From: Octopus sinensis
Taxonomy: Eukaryota
Direction: 5' to 3'
Assembly: GCF_006345805.1 (NCBI RefSeq)
Contig: NC_043014.1
Location: 40,610,001-40,674,000 of the forward strand
DNA: 64,000 nt
The notes under the pieces are model-generated. The model was not told the origin of the DNA. It ran no database searches and saw nothing but the letters and a program-made list of their open reading frames with translations. Positions 13,200-24,227 of this stretch are shown here, one piece after another. The translations under genes and the position numbers were made by a program. How positions within the stretch are numbered: position 1 is the stretch's first letter; every line of letters begins with the position of its first letter.

Positions 13200-13700
13200 T
13201 ATCATCATCATCATCATCATCATTGTTTAACGTCTGCTTTCCATGCTGGCATGGGTTGGATGATTTGACTGAGGACTGGCGAACCAGGTGGCTGCACCAG
13301 GCTCCAATCTGATCTCGCAGAGTTTCTACAGCTGGATGCCCTTCCTAACGCCAACCACTCTGAGAGTGTAGTGGATGCTTTTACATGCCACCGGCACAAG
13401 GGCCAGTCAGGCGTTACTGGCAACAACCACACCCAAATAGTGTTTTTTACGTGCCACCTGCACAGGAGCCAGTCCAGTGGCACTGGCAATGACCTCGCTG
13501 GAATGTTTTTTTCACATGCCACCGGCACAAGTGCCAGTAAAGTGACACTGGTAATGATCTCATTCAAATGGTGCTTTTTATGTGCCACTGGCACAGAAGC
13601 CAGTTTGCTACTCTGGCAATGATCATGCTCGGATGGTGCTCTTAGCGCTCCACTAGCACGGATGCCAGTCATCGAATTTGATTTCGATTTCGATTTCAAA
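13200..13700 (-). mobile_element. Family C retroposon-like repeat with (GAT)n tail and ~60-bp internal subrepeats
   Basis: catcatcat..gtttaacgtc..ctttccatgct..gatgcccttcctaacgccaaccactc..; repeated tttta(c/t)(a/g)tgccaccggcac. Confidence 0.85.
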
Positions 13701-14097
13701 AATCGGAATTGAAATCAAATTCAATGACTGGCATTTCTAGAATTCCTTCCTTTCCTTTCTCATGTTTTTCTTATCAGCAACTGTTCAAGAGCAGACTTTT
13801 TACTCTTTGAATAGTATATTAAAAAAAAATAAGTATAACAGTTGAAAACTGGAAAAAACTGTGATTATGTAACTTCATGATATATTTCAATATGTTTATC
13901 ACTGTGAGCATAACGGCATATGTTGAAACTCTCTGCAATAGTGTGATGGTTACTTTTTATAACTGGTTGAAGTCCTTCATTCTCAGTTGAAAAGACATAA
14001 TCATGATACTAGGGCAACATTCTGTACCTTATACAGGGACATTTAGTGTTCTGCAGGAATCTGTTCTTCGTCCCTTGTTATTTGTTATATACATTAA

Positions 14098-14318
14098 CCC
14101 TTTTGTTACCATATTTATTTTGAGATGCTCTGTGTTTCTTTCAGCTATTTTGAATATAACAATGAACTTAGGAAAATAAATTAGTTATCATTAAGCTAGT
14201 GTTAGGAACATAAATTGTGACTAAGGTTTGGTGGAAGATTTTAATTCAAAACTTATGAAAACAAGACATTTGTACTACAGAGCCAGAGCCGGTTTCAGCC
14301 GGGTTGGTAACAAAAGGG
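14098..14318. mobile_element. piggyBac-type MITE (221 bp)
   Basis: TIRs ccctttTgttacca / tggtaacaaaaggg, with TTAA on both sides (14094-14097, 14319-14322). Confidence 0.8.
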
Positions 14319-15121
14319 TTAAAGAAACAAATGCCAACTTGAAGCATGTTACTGTGTAAAAATATGTAGATGACATTAAGCTGTACTTTGAAATAAAAAC
14401 AAGTCCTATACGCTATAGAGCCTTCATGCAATCTCACCTAGACACAATGCAGCAATGGATTGCTGATAGGTAACACAAGCTGGCTATAGATGTGTACACC
14501 ACTTTACATTTTGGGAAGAAAATCACGGAATTAACTAATTTCTTCACAACACCAAGCTTAAAAAGCCTAACTGGAGAACATGACCTTTGTATTGTGGTCA
14601 AAAATTATCTGTTGGATGAAAAACGGTTGTAAAATCGCTGGAAAGGTTGAAGGTATACGAGCATCACTAAGTGAGACCATTGTTAGTTGTTTACTCATCA
14701 TCATCATCACCATTTAGCATCCGCTTTCCATGCTAGCATGGGTTGGACGGTTCAACTGGGGTCTGTGAAGCCAGAAGGCTGCATCAGGCCCAGTCTGATC
14801 TGGCAGTGTTTCTACGGCTGGATGCCCTTCCTAACGTCAACCACTCTGTGAGTGTAGGGGGTGCTTTTTATGTGCCACCCGCACAGGTGCCAGACGGAGC
14901 TGGCAAACGGCCACGAACGGATGGTGCTTTTACGTGCCACCAGCACGGGGGCCAGGCGAGGCTGGCAACGGACATGAACGGATGGTGCTTTTACGTGCCA
15001 CCGGCACGGGGGCTATCCATTTAAAGCTGTAAATTAAATAATAAGGGTAGAAATTGATGTTAATCAATTAAAACCAGTGGCTTAGCATATTTAAAAATCC
15101 GAAGATTAAAAATTGTGTTAC

Positions 15122-15446
15122 ATACAAAATTAAGAGGAGTGGACACCCTATATGCTAAACATAGAAGTCAAATCACCATTACCATGAAGAATGTGTTCTC
15201 AAGAAAAAAAAAAAAAATCTCAACAAAATTGCTGAAATGTAAAAACCAGTAAGACAAATGAAAACATAAAATAAAATCGTTTTTATTTTGTATGTTTTCA
15301 TTTGTCTCGCTCATTTTTACATTTTGCCATTTTTGCTGAGATTTTTTTTCTTCTTGAGAACACATTCTTTGTGGTAACGGCGATTTGACATCTATGTTTA
15401 GCATATAGGGTGTCCACTTTAGAGGTCATTCCTCTTAATTTTGTAT
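15122..15446. repeat. ~325-bp imperfect palindrome centred near 15277
   Basis: gtggacaccctatatgctaaacatag / ctatgtttagcatatagggtgtccac; gaatgtgttctcaagaa / ttcttgagaacacattc. Confidence 0.9.
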
Positions 15447-15448
15447 TT

Positions 15449-15778
15449 AAAGCTGTATATAGCTATGGTACTTCCACACTTACAGCTTGCATATCCAATC
15501 TGCATCCCCCATCCTGTCTAGAATATTGATCTACTGGAAGCTGTCCAGAGACATACAACCAGACTAATACTCCTTGTCTGTCACTTATCATATCTTGAAT
15601 GCATTTCTCCTCTGGGCATTAACATATGAAGTAATGATGTCTAGCAGCTGATTTAGCAGAACCATACAAGATTATCTTGCCATCTTTCCAACTACAATTT
15701 AGGCCACGTTTTTTAAAATTCAATACCGCTAACACTTGTGGACATATGAAAAAAAAATGGAAAAAATGTACAGCACAT
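15449..15778 (+). mobile_element. Decayed CR1-type LINE RT C-terminal fragment (part 1)
   Basis: Translates KLYIAMVLPHLQLAYPICIP..NIDLLEAVQRHTTRLILLVCHLSYLE...NTCGH, matching the CR1-like pattern LY..VRPHLEY..DI.LE.VQRRAT..NTRGH. Confidence 0.7.
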
Positions 15779-15930
15779 ATATACATATATATGATGGGCT
15801 CCTTTCAGTTTCCATCTACCAAATCCACTCACAAGGTTTTGGTCCCTGTTCGGCAGTTCGGCAAAAGAGACCGATAGAATAAGTACTTGTGGACATATGA
15901 AAAAAAAAAGGGAAAAAATGTACAGCACAT

Positions 15931-16265
15931 GGCACCTTGGGCAAGTGTCTTCTACTATAGCCTTGGGCTGACCAAAACCTTGTGAGTGGATTTGGTAGAT
16001 GGAAACTGAAAGAAGCCCATTGTATATATGTATATATATATATGTATGTATGTATGTGTGTGTATATGTTTGTGTGTCTGTGTTTGTCCCACCAACATTG
16101 CTTGACAACCGATGCTGGTGTGTTTACATCCCCGTAACTTAGCGGTTCGGCAAAAGGGACTGATAGAATAAGTACTAGGCTTACAAAGAATAAGTCCTGG
16201 GGTCGATTTGCTTGACTAATGGCGGTGCTCCAGCATGGTCACAGTCAAATGACTGAAACAAGTGA
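15931..16265 (+). mobile_element. 5'-truncated SINE family A inserted in the CR1 fragment
   Basis: ggcaccttgggcaagtgtcttctactatagcc...gactgaaacaagt. Confidence 0.85.
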
Positions 16266-16330
16266 AACACATTTTCATATTCAGAATTGTCAAAGCATGG
16301 AACAAACCCCACATGTTAGCAGTCAGGACA
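16265..16330 (+). mobile_element. CR1-type LINE fragment (part 2, after the SINE insertion)
   Basis: Translates KHIFIFRIVKAWNK, matching the CR1 C-terminal FF..R.V..WN.LP motif. Confidence 0.6.
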
Positions 16331-16593
16331 TTACATCCAGCAAAAATTCCATAATTCCCCAAATTCATCAACACTACTTCTGACCTGTATCCTTTCTTCC
16401 TTGTCGCTCTTTTACTGTTAACTTTTCTGTCATTTGTGTTTTATTCTGTGTACAATGTTTGCACATCTATATTTCATTGTTACCTCAAATTACTTGACTT
16501 ATATGTTTGCTTTCTGTCCCCTAGTTTACTCTTCTCTGACCAGTTTTACCTGAGCACTGTATACAATAAGTTTATTATTATTATTATTATTAT

Positions 16594-17151
16594 TGAGTGA
16601 GAGAGCAGTGCATGCCATCAAAGTGACACTGGGGTACAAATATACGAAGCCCAGTATACCCATCATGACTACCCATCTGATAAGGGTACACAAGGCACAT
16701 GCATCACAACCATGTGTGCGCGACATGGTGATCTCATATCAAGATAAACACAGCATGACCTCGCAGGTGGGGCCCAGTAAAAATTTTCTTCTGGTAGAGT
16801 AACCCATCCCACTCAAAAGGTCCCTGAATGAGTATTGTTTAAGAATGTTGAACAAAACACCTATGTTTCCAGAGGTGAATTATTCAAACCCCAAAGAATC
16901 CCTCTCAAGACATGGCTATGATGCTCCCCCACTACTTCTGCTCGTGATGAGAGATGCACATATCGTCAACCACCAAGGGACATGGTCAACTGGTTAAGGT
17001 CAAACAACTGATAAGCAAATCTGTGGTATTGAGCGGAATATTTGCTGTAGCCCATCTTTTATACCAAGACAAAACAATGTACATGATAACACTTCCAATC
17101 AGTTAAGATCAGAAGCCACGAGAGCCACTGTCTGGTACTGCATCAGGGCAT
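16594..17151. repeat. ~560-bp interspersed repeat flanked by (ATT)n, class unassigned
   Basis: Higher-GC block between (TTA)n tracts that resembles an abundant Octopus repeat as I recall it; single copy in this window. Confidence 0.5.
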
Positions 17152-17193
17152 TTATTATTATTATATTATTATTATTATTATTATTATTAATTT

Positions 17194-17314
17194 TATTCTG
17201 TTCTGTCTGGGGAGAGTCATTTTCTTTTTGTGCCTTATGTAACACACTCACCGGTGAGTGTGTTACATTATAAGGCACAAAAAGAAAATGACTCTCCCCA
17301 GACAGAACAGAATA
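17194..17314. repeat. Near-perfect loopless palindrome (59/62-bp arms) centred on ACCGGT
   Basis: The arms differ only by a 3-nt insertion. Confidence 0.95.
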
Positions 17315-17711
17315 TGGTTCAACACATGAACTCATGTAAAGAATCTTGCAAACCAAATCCAAAAACGAAATTATTATTATTATTATTATTAATTTTTCTT
17401 TTTCCTTCAATCTTGTTTCCATTTCTTGCCTTCTGATACTGTCCCCAAGGAACCAATGATCATCATCATCACAAAGGGAGATAACTGGATCAAGTCAGCT
17501 GCTAAACATTGAAAATTTAGTGTTGATGCCCTGAGAAGCAATAAGTTCAAGACATGGCAAGCGACTCACAGAGCTTTTGCACATCTTTAAAATTGGACAG
17601 AAATGATTGAATCATCTGAAGAGGTATTAATGGTACAATTTTAGCGACATCTGTGAGATAAAAAGCATTGATAACCCCAAACATATTTGAAAACATAACT
17701 GAAAAGAAAAC

Positions 17712-18147
17712 GGATCTTTTCGGTTTGAATGGCAGTTCTTTCTAGCGGTGTCATATGAAATTGTCACCCATAATTATGACCCTAGTATCGATCTATTGCA
17801 TTTCAATCTATTTTAGGGTTAGGGTTAGAGTTAGGGTTAGGGTTGGGCGTGGGGGAAGGGTATCTTTTTTATCTTCAGAAATGTAAATAAACCCAATCTG
17901 TTTCTTAAACGAGGGACATATTCATATGGCACAGAATGTTTTTTACCTCAATAGACGTCAGTGATTGGTTGAAATTGCAGAAATTGAAGAAAAAAAACAA
18001 CAAATATCTTACAAACTATAGAATTTTCTCAATAAAGCCAAGATAAAAAGATGTTGTATAAACACATTCTACCAGTATATGAAGTTTAAAAGTGTTTAGT
18101 TACGTGGAAATTATTTTAAAAAACTGCCGTTCAAACCGAAAAGATCC
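17712..18147. mobile_element. MITE with ~27-bp TIRs, 8-bp TSD and internal (TTAGGG)n-like tract
   Basis: ggatcttttcggtttgaatggcagtt ... aactgccgttcaaaccgaaaagatcc. Exact TSD aagaaaac at 17704-17711 and 18148-18155. Superfamily not assigned. Confidence 0.8.
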
Positions 18148-18548
18148 AAGAAAACTAGATACTACAAATAACTTTAATCTATTTCCTTTCAAGTCCTCTC
18201 CTGTCCTTGAACAAGAATAATATTTGGTAAATACAGAGTGCAGGTGACATTTCAGAACACTTAATTATCAATATATCACTCTCTTCTAAGGCTGTGAACT
18301 GGTAAAATCATTATCATGGTGGGCAAAACACTTAATGACATTTTGTCCATCTTCATATTCTGAGTTTAAATTCCACTGAGTTTGACTTTGCCTTTCATCC
18401 TTTGGGGTTGATAAAATAAGTACCAGTTGAACATTAGGGTCAGTGTAATAGACTTACTCCCTCCCCTGAAATTGCTGACCTTGTACCAAAATTTGAAATC
18501 AATACATTACTCTCTTCAGATCAATTAAAAGATTTTGATTTCTTTCAG

Positions 18549-18683
18549 CTCCCCCATGACTTAACATCTCTTGAGAATGCTGCAGTAAAGGACAGTTCGT
18601 TTCTCAATGCAAAGATTACTGAGTACATCACTGTCACTGAAGATGAAAGACCCCTGTCAATGTGCCCCACTGATGGCACATAA
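18549..18683 (+). CDS. Candidate small terminal exon (LPHDLTSLENAAVKDSSFLNAKITEYITVTEDERPLSMCPTDGT*)
   Basis: Strong acceptor ttttgatttctttcag, then 44 open codons of protein-like composition and TAA at 18681-18683. No homology recognised. Confidence 0.25.
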   Translation, partial: LPHDLTSLENAAVKDSSFLNAKITEYITVTEDERPLSMCPTDGT

Positions 18684-18774
18684 TTAAAAGAGCTCTTATT
18701 TCAAGCAACTTGGATCTAAATGTCAGTAGTAAGAAAAATTTCTTTCAAGCCTTTGTATGTCCTCTGCAGTCACA

Positions 18775-19065
18775 GCTCATGTTTCACTGGGCTGTAACTG
18801 CTGAGGACATGAGAAGGCTTGAGAAAAATGAATCTAGTGTGCTGTTGGGAGTGCAATGTCAGTGTGCATGTACGACAGAGTGTAAGCATGTAGAGAAAAC
18901 AATTAGGAATAAGTGGCAACAGATGTGGTGTGCAAGAGAGATGACAGCGCTGGTATGGTCATGTGATGTGTATGGATGAGGACAGCTGTATAAAGAAGTC
19001 CTGTTCTCTAACTGGAAGAGATAGACCCAGGAAGACATGGGATGGGGTGGTGAAGCTTGAACAGG
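18775..19065 (+). mobile_element. RTE-type LINE RT C-terminal fragment
   Basis: Translates WAVTAEDMRRLEKNE ... QRWYGHVMCMDEDSCIKK..GRDRPRKTWDGVV. Confidence 0.8.
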
Positions 19066-19212
19066 AAGCGAGAGCTCACAACATGAGTAAATATATTTTC
19101 ATTTAACTGGAAGAAGTTATGAAGTGGCTCAAGGGCGGAGAGTTTTATTTTAGATAAGTGCCAATGCACAAAACTCTTGGCTATTGGGACAGTCTGTAAC
19201 TACTGCCAATTA

Positions 19213-19255
<43 letters not shown>

Positions 19256-20200
19256 ATGTATGTGAACATGCATGAGTGTGTAAATGAATGTATGTGTATT
19301 ACTTTGGTGAAATCATCATCATCATCATCATCATCATCGTTTAACATCTGCTTTCCATGCTAGCATGGGTTGGACGATTTGACTGAGGGCTGGCGAACCA
19401 GATGGCTGCACCAGGCTTCAATCTTGATCTGGCAGAGTTTCTACAGTTGGATGCCCTTCCTAACGCCAAACACTCCGAGAGTGTAGTGGGTGCTTTTACG
19501 TGCCACCGGCATGGGACCAGTCAGATGGTACTGGCAACGACCTCGCTCGAATCTTTTTTATGCATGCCATCAGCACAGGTGCCAGTAAGGTGATGCTGGT
19601 AACGATCACACTCGAATGGTGCCTTTTACGTGCCACCGACACGGAGGCCAGGTAAGGAATAATTTTAAAGAACTTAAAAAGTAAAGAGGTAAAGAAGATA
19701 GAAGTCTGACTAAAAGATATTTTGCTCGTCTATAAAAGAAGTGCTTGGTGACAATGATTCTAAGACATAATAACGTTGTTCTTTTCAAATGTAAAGTTTT
19801 ATTAAAATGAAACTGAACAATTTTCACAATGAGTTGATTTGGCAATGCCACTGAGAAAGAATTTCAACATTTTAGATCTGCAAGTTATTAACAATTACTA
19901 CTATATGCTAACTTTAGATGTTCAGTTAAACAGATTAATTCAAAAAAACATTTATCTGAAAACAAAGAGATTTCTATAAAGGACAAGTTTTATAAAGAGA
20001 GAGTTGAGTGAAGTTATTGTATTAACCTGTATTGGTTAGTTAGTGTATTAACCTGTTGGTTAGTTCATGGACCCCTAAAAGGGTTAAAGGCAAAAATTGA
20101 TGCCAATGATATTTGAATTCCAAACTGAGTTTAATACAGTAAGTAGAAATCACATAATTTTGTTTCTCTATTGATATTACCATCCTCACTGCTTCTAGAC

Positions 20201-20363
20201 CAGTCATGGGCAAACTGCAGCCTATGGGCTCCATGTGGCTCAATGGACTTTCTGAATTGCATGTCTAACGAAATATTATCTTGAATTTTTTAGTAATGCA
20301 GCCCACTTGATAATATGCAATGTCTCATGCGGCCCGCTTTTCGAAAAAGGTTGCCCATGTCTG
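20201..20363. mobile_element. hAT (Charlie-like) MITE
   Basis: TIRs cagtcatgggcaaact / aggttgcccatgtctg. 8-bp TSD ttctagac / ttctagcc (one mismatch) matches the NTCTAGAN target preference of Charlie-type hATs. Confidence 0.75.
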
Positions 20364-21628
20364 TTCTAGCCTATGCCAGTACATATCACACATTTCATAA
20401 GTAGATATTTTAACCCAAAATATTTTACAGTAATTAAAATTCTTTGTATGAGACAGAAAAAAAAAACCCAAAAACGAAAGAGAAACAAAACTCATTCTTT
20501 CGTCACACAATTTAACAAGAGGACCACAGATTTTTTTTTTTTGTGTTATATCCATTTTTTCCATACTTGCATAGGTGGGAGGATTTATTTGTGGTTGGCT
20601 ACTTCTAGCCCCTCAACTCTGAGCCTGATTTTGTACAGGTAAAATGGAGCAAGCAAAGTTAGATGCTTTGCTCAGTGGCATGATACAATGACAGTAAGGA
20701 ATTTTAAAATTATGACCAGTAGGTTGCTATGTTAAACACATGGTTATTGTACCTCATACAAGAATCAGTGTTTTACAAATGACTGTTTTAAGGGAAAATG
20801 GCCAAATTTATGGATTTGACTTTCTGGTTGAGTCAGTCGCTAACATGAAAGTCAATGGACAAATTAAAACAGACAGAATTAGTGGGGTTTTTTTTTTTTC
20901 AAAATAATACTCTTTTTTGTTTTATCTATTCGACTAACTGTGAAATTTGTTATTTACAACCGAATTGGAGAATAAATATACTTTCCATCATAACAAAGAA
21001 AACATAGATGGTTAAAAAGTAACAAATAAAGGACTAACATTCTTTAAGTAAATTTTAACATTTTTACAAAATTTTTAACAAAACAGATCCTCCCCTCCTC
21101 GAAAAAAAAAAAAAGCTGTCTTCTTTTAGTTTTTTTGTTTCTCCCAAAAGTAAAGCATGTTTCATTGACATATAGTTAGGAGAACATTCAAAAAAATTTG
21201 TTTTTTGTTGATGCCAATAAGTCTTATTATTAGGTTTAATCCATCACATTTGTGGTAGATTTCATTTTTCTTGTAGACAACAAGGAATTCTTACAAGATA
21301 TGGTATATTAATATTTACTTTCACTTCTATGTATACTTCTTTACTGGTTTCCCCTATTGAACTGCAACCGTGCTAGGGTGTCACTTCAAAGCGGGGTTAA
21401 GTTGATCATATCAACTATCTATTTCACTCGGGTACTTATTGTCATTGATCTCTATTTATTGAATGGCTAAGTTACCTTCTGATATACAGGGATGCAAACT
21501 CAGTGCACCACTTTATACAGGTATAACAAAGACTCATGCACACATGTATATATATATGTATATATATGTGTGTATGTGTGTGTGTATGCATGCATATGCA
21601 TATATATTCATATATATATATGTTCATA

Positions 21629-21671
<43 letters not shown>

Positions 21672-21740
21672 ATGTGTATATATACATGTTTGGATTAACT
21701 TTATATATATATATATATATATTCATATGTATGTCTGTGT

Positions 21741-21774
<34 letters not shown>

Positions 21775-23021
21775 CATACACACATACATACATGCATGCA
21801 TACATATATACATACACACATACATACATACATAATGACGGGCTTCTGCAGTTTCCATTGACCAAATTTAATTCACAATGGTGTAAGTCAAGTCATGACT
21901 ACAGAAGAAAACACTCGCCTAAGCTGTTGCACAATAAGAACGACCATGGAACAGCGTGTGCCCGTACCCATACTTATTATCCCTTCATTAAAAGATGATG
22001 GATATTGTGCTGTACCATCACTATGGTAACAATGTTTTAGACTCTATGGGGCAGTGGCATGTTCTCATGATCTAGTTTTTAATTCCATTCGGAACCGATT
22101 CACTTAGCCCATGTATGCTTTTGGGTAAGATAATTCCCTTCCCAATACATTCTACTTCCCGGTCTCCAATAAATTTGAAGCTACATACTCCAGTACAAAT
22201 ATTCATCTCTGTCTCTTTTTTTTTTTTTGTTTTTGCCAAATTTGTCTTTATGGTACTTTTTACTATACAATAGCAATGTAGAACTTAGGAAAAGATACTT
22301 TAAATTAAGCATTTTTCTTAAAATTCTCTCCACTTTGGAATGATATCTAAATAATCTACAACTTAATAACGGTCTTTCATATTCTTTAACAATAAAACTT
22401 TAATATATGAGCATTAAATTTTTTTGCATGTATTCGTCTTCATATCTTTCTATTTTCTTCTAATATTAAAACAGAATCCATTTAGTCTATTTAATAAAGA
22501 AATATGTTGACATAACAAAGATCAAAATTTTCTTTGATAACAAGATAAAATTGATGGTAGAATTCCATCTAGATACTAACATGTTACAATGAGTATATAA
22601 TCCTTCATTGTCTAACAATGACAAATGGATATACATCTTCAAGTTGAAATGGTAATATTAAAAAATAACAACTGGGAAATTTCAATTAAAATAAAAATGA
22701 AAGAAAAAAAATTAGACAAAAATATGTAAATGATAATATTTTCTATTAATCACAAGATGACTAAGTACATTGATAAAACCTTTGAGTAAAAAATATTTCA
22801 ATTCCAATGATTTAGTGTTCTTAATGTGGCTCAAGTCTTGATGATAAGATTTAAAAAGAATGAAAGGGCCCATTGCAAAGATGATGTGAATTCAAATGTA
22901 TTCTACTCATTTTGTAAATTATGCTAATTAATGTTTTAATTTCATGTTTTAAAATTTTTGATAAAGGACCAGCAGCAGAGGTAAAAAGTATTAGTTATAT
23001 TATTGCTTGAGGTATTATTAA

Positions 23022-23053
<32 letters not shown>

Positions 23054-23065
23054 GTAGAGTAGTAT

Positions 23066-23116
<51 letters not shown>

Positions 23117-24189
23117 AGTAGTAGAATAATAGTAGTAGTAAAGTTAATTATCAATAATTGTCTCACCTAAGGCAGGTAAATTATTTTTTTTTAACCTTAA
23201 TTGTAGCTACTTATAAAATAAATAATAATAATATAATATAATATATTTATTAAAAAACAAACTAACCTTTAAAAATTGCAACATATTAAATTGGTTTCAG
23301 TAGTATGGGGGATGGGAAAATATAGATAAAGAAAAGAAAAGCGGTTGGGGGAGAGAAATTTGTCTGTTAAAAATTAAATTACCAATTTTTTTTTTTTAAT
23401 AATCTGAATACCCATTTAAAATGATCTAGATAAATTAGACAATAATGAAGATTGACAAATGCAGAATAATGAAATTGATATAGTTTTTTTTTTTTCAAAA
23501 AATAGAAAAATAAACGAAAAAATATTTTTGTTAAAATTATACTATACTGCTTGCTATGTGTGTATATATATTATCACCTTAGGTTCAGTTATTTCAGCTT
23601 TAAATCCATCATGCTTAGTTCATAAACCAAAATATAATCTCAAGAGTCTAAGGAAAATGTTAACAATAGCTATGATGCTAATGCTGAATACAATAATAAT
23701 CAATATTAAAACAATCTCAATGATAACAACAATGATAATGTTTTGCTGATTATAATGATAATGATAACAATAATAGTTATATTAAAAAATATTTTACCAA
23801 TGCATGCAGTTGGATTACAAATAGTAAAAATGCACAGCCTACTTTGCAAAGTAGGGTAAAACAACAAAGTTTAGGATTGATTTGGTAAGATAGTCATTTC
23901 CTAAAAGAGTTCATTATTGTTAATACAATAATCTCATGGGGGAAATATTATCACTAAGAACATTTATCAGAACAAATATTTCACAATAAAAAATGTTAAA
24001 TATAGAAGAGCATAGTTAAAGAAGTCACTATTTGTTTTGAATTATTTAACCAACTAAAAAGTTCTCTCCTCGTCTGAAAGAAATATTTGCTAAATTAGAA
24101 ATAGGTGAGTTTCAGAAAAGTCTGTGTTTGAAGAAAAGATATATAGAAAAGAACCCTATATATATAGATACACTACATGTATCTGTATA

Positions 24190-24227
<38 letters not shown>

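Noticed and set aside
13370-13670. CRISPR-like array
   Set aside because: Eukaryotic context, spacers homologous to each other, units degenerate, no cas genes.
13220-13699. 159-aa ORF and similar ORFs at 14743, 52302-52896, 55127 and 58201
   Set aside because: They lie entirely inside multi-copy family C repeats, and the frames are not preserved between copies.
17814-17845. Telomere or chromosome-fusion scar
   Set aside because: Only about five degenerate units, and they are internal to a TIR/TSD-bounded MITE.
24060-24110. Exon ending at strong donor ag|gtgagt (similar isolated donors at ~26836 minus and ~33219 plus)
   Set aside because: No credible upstream acceptor in an open frame.
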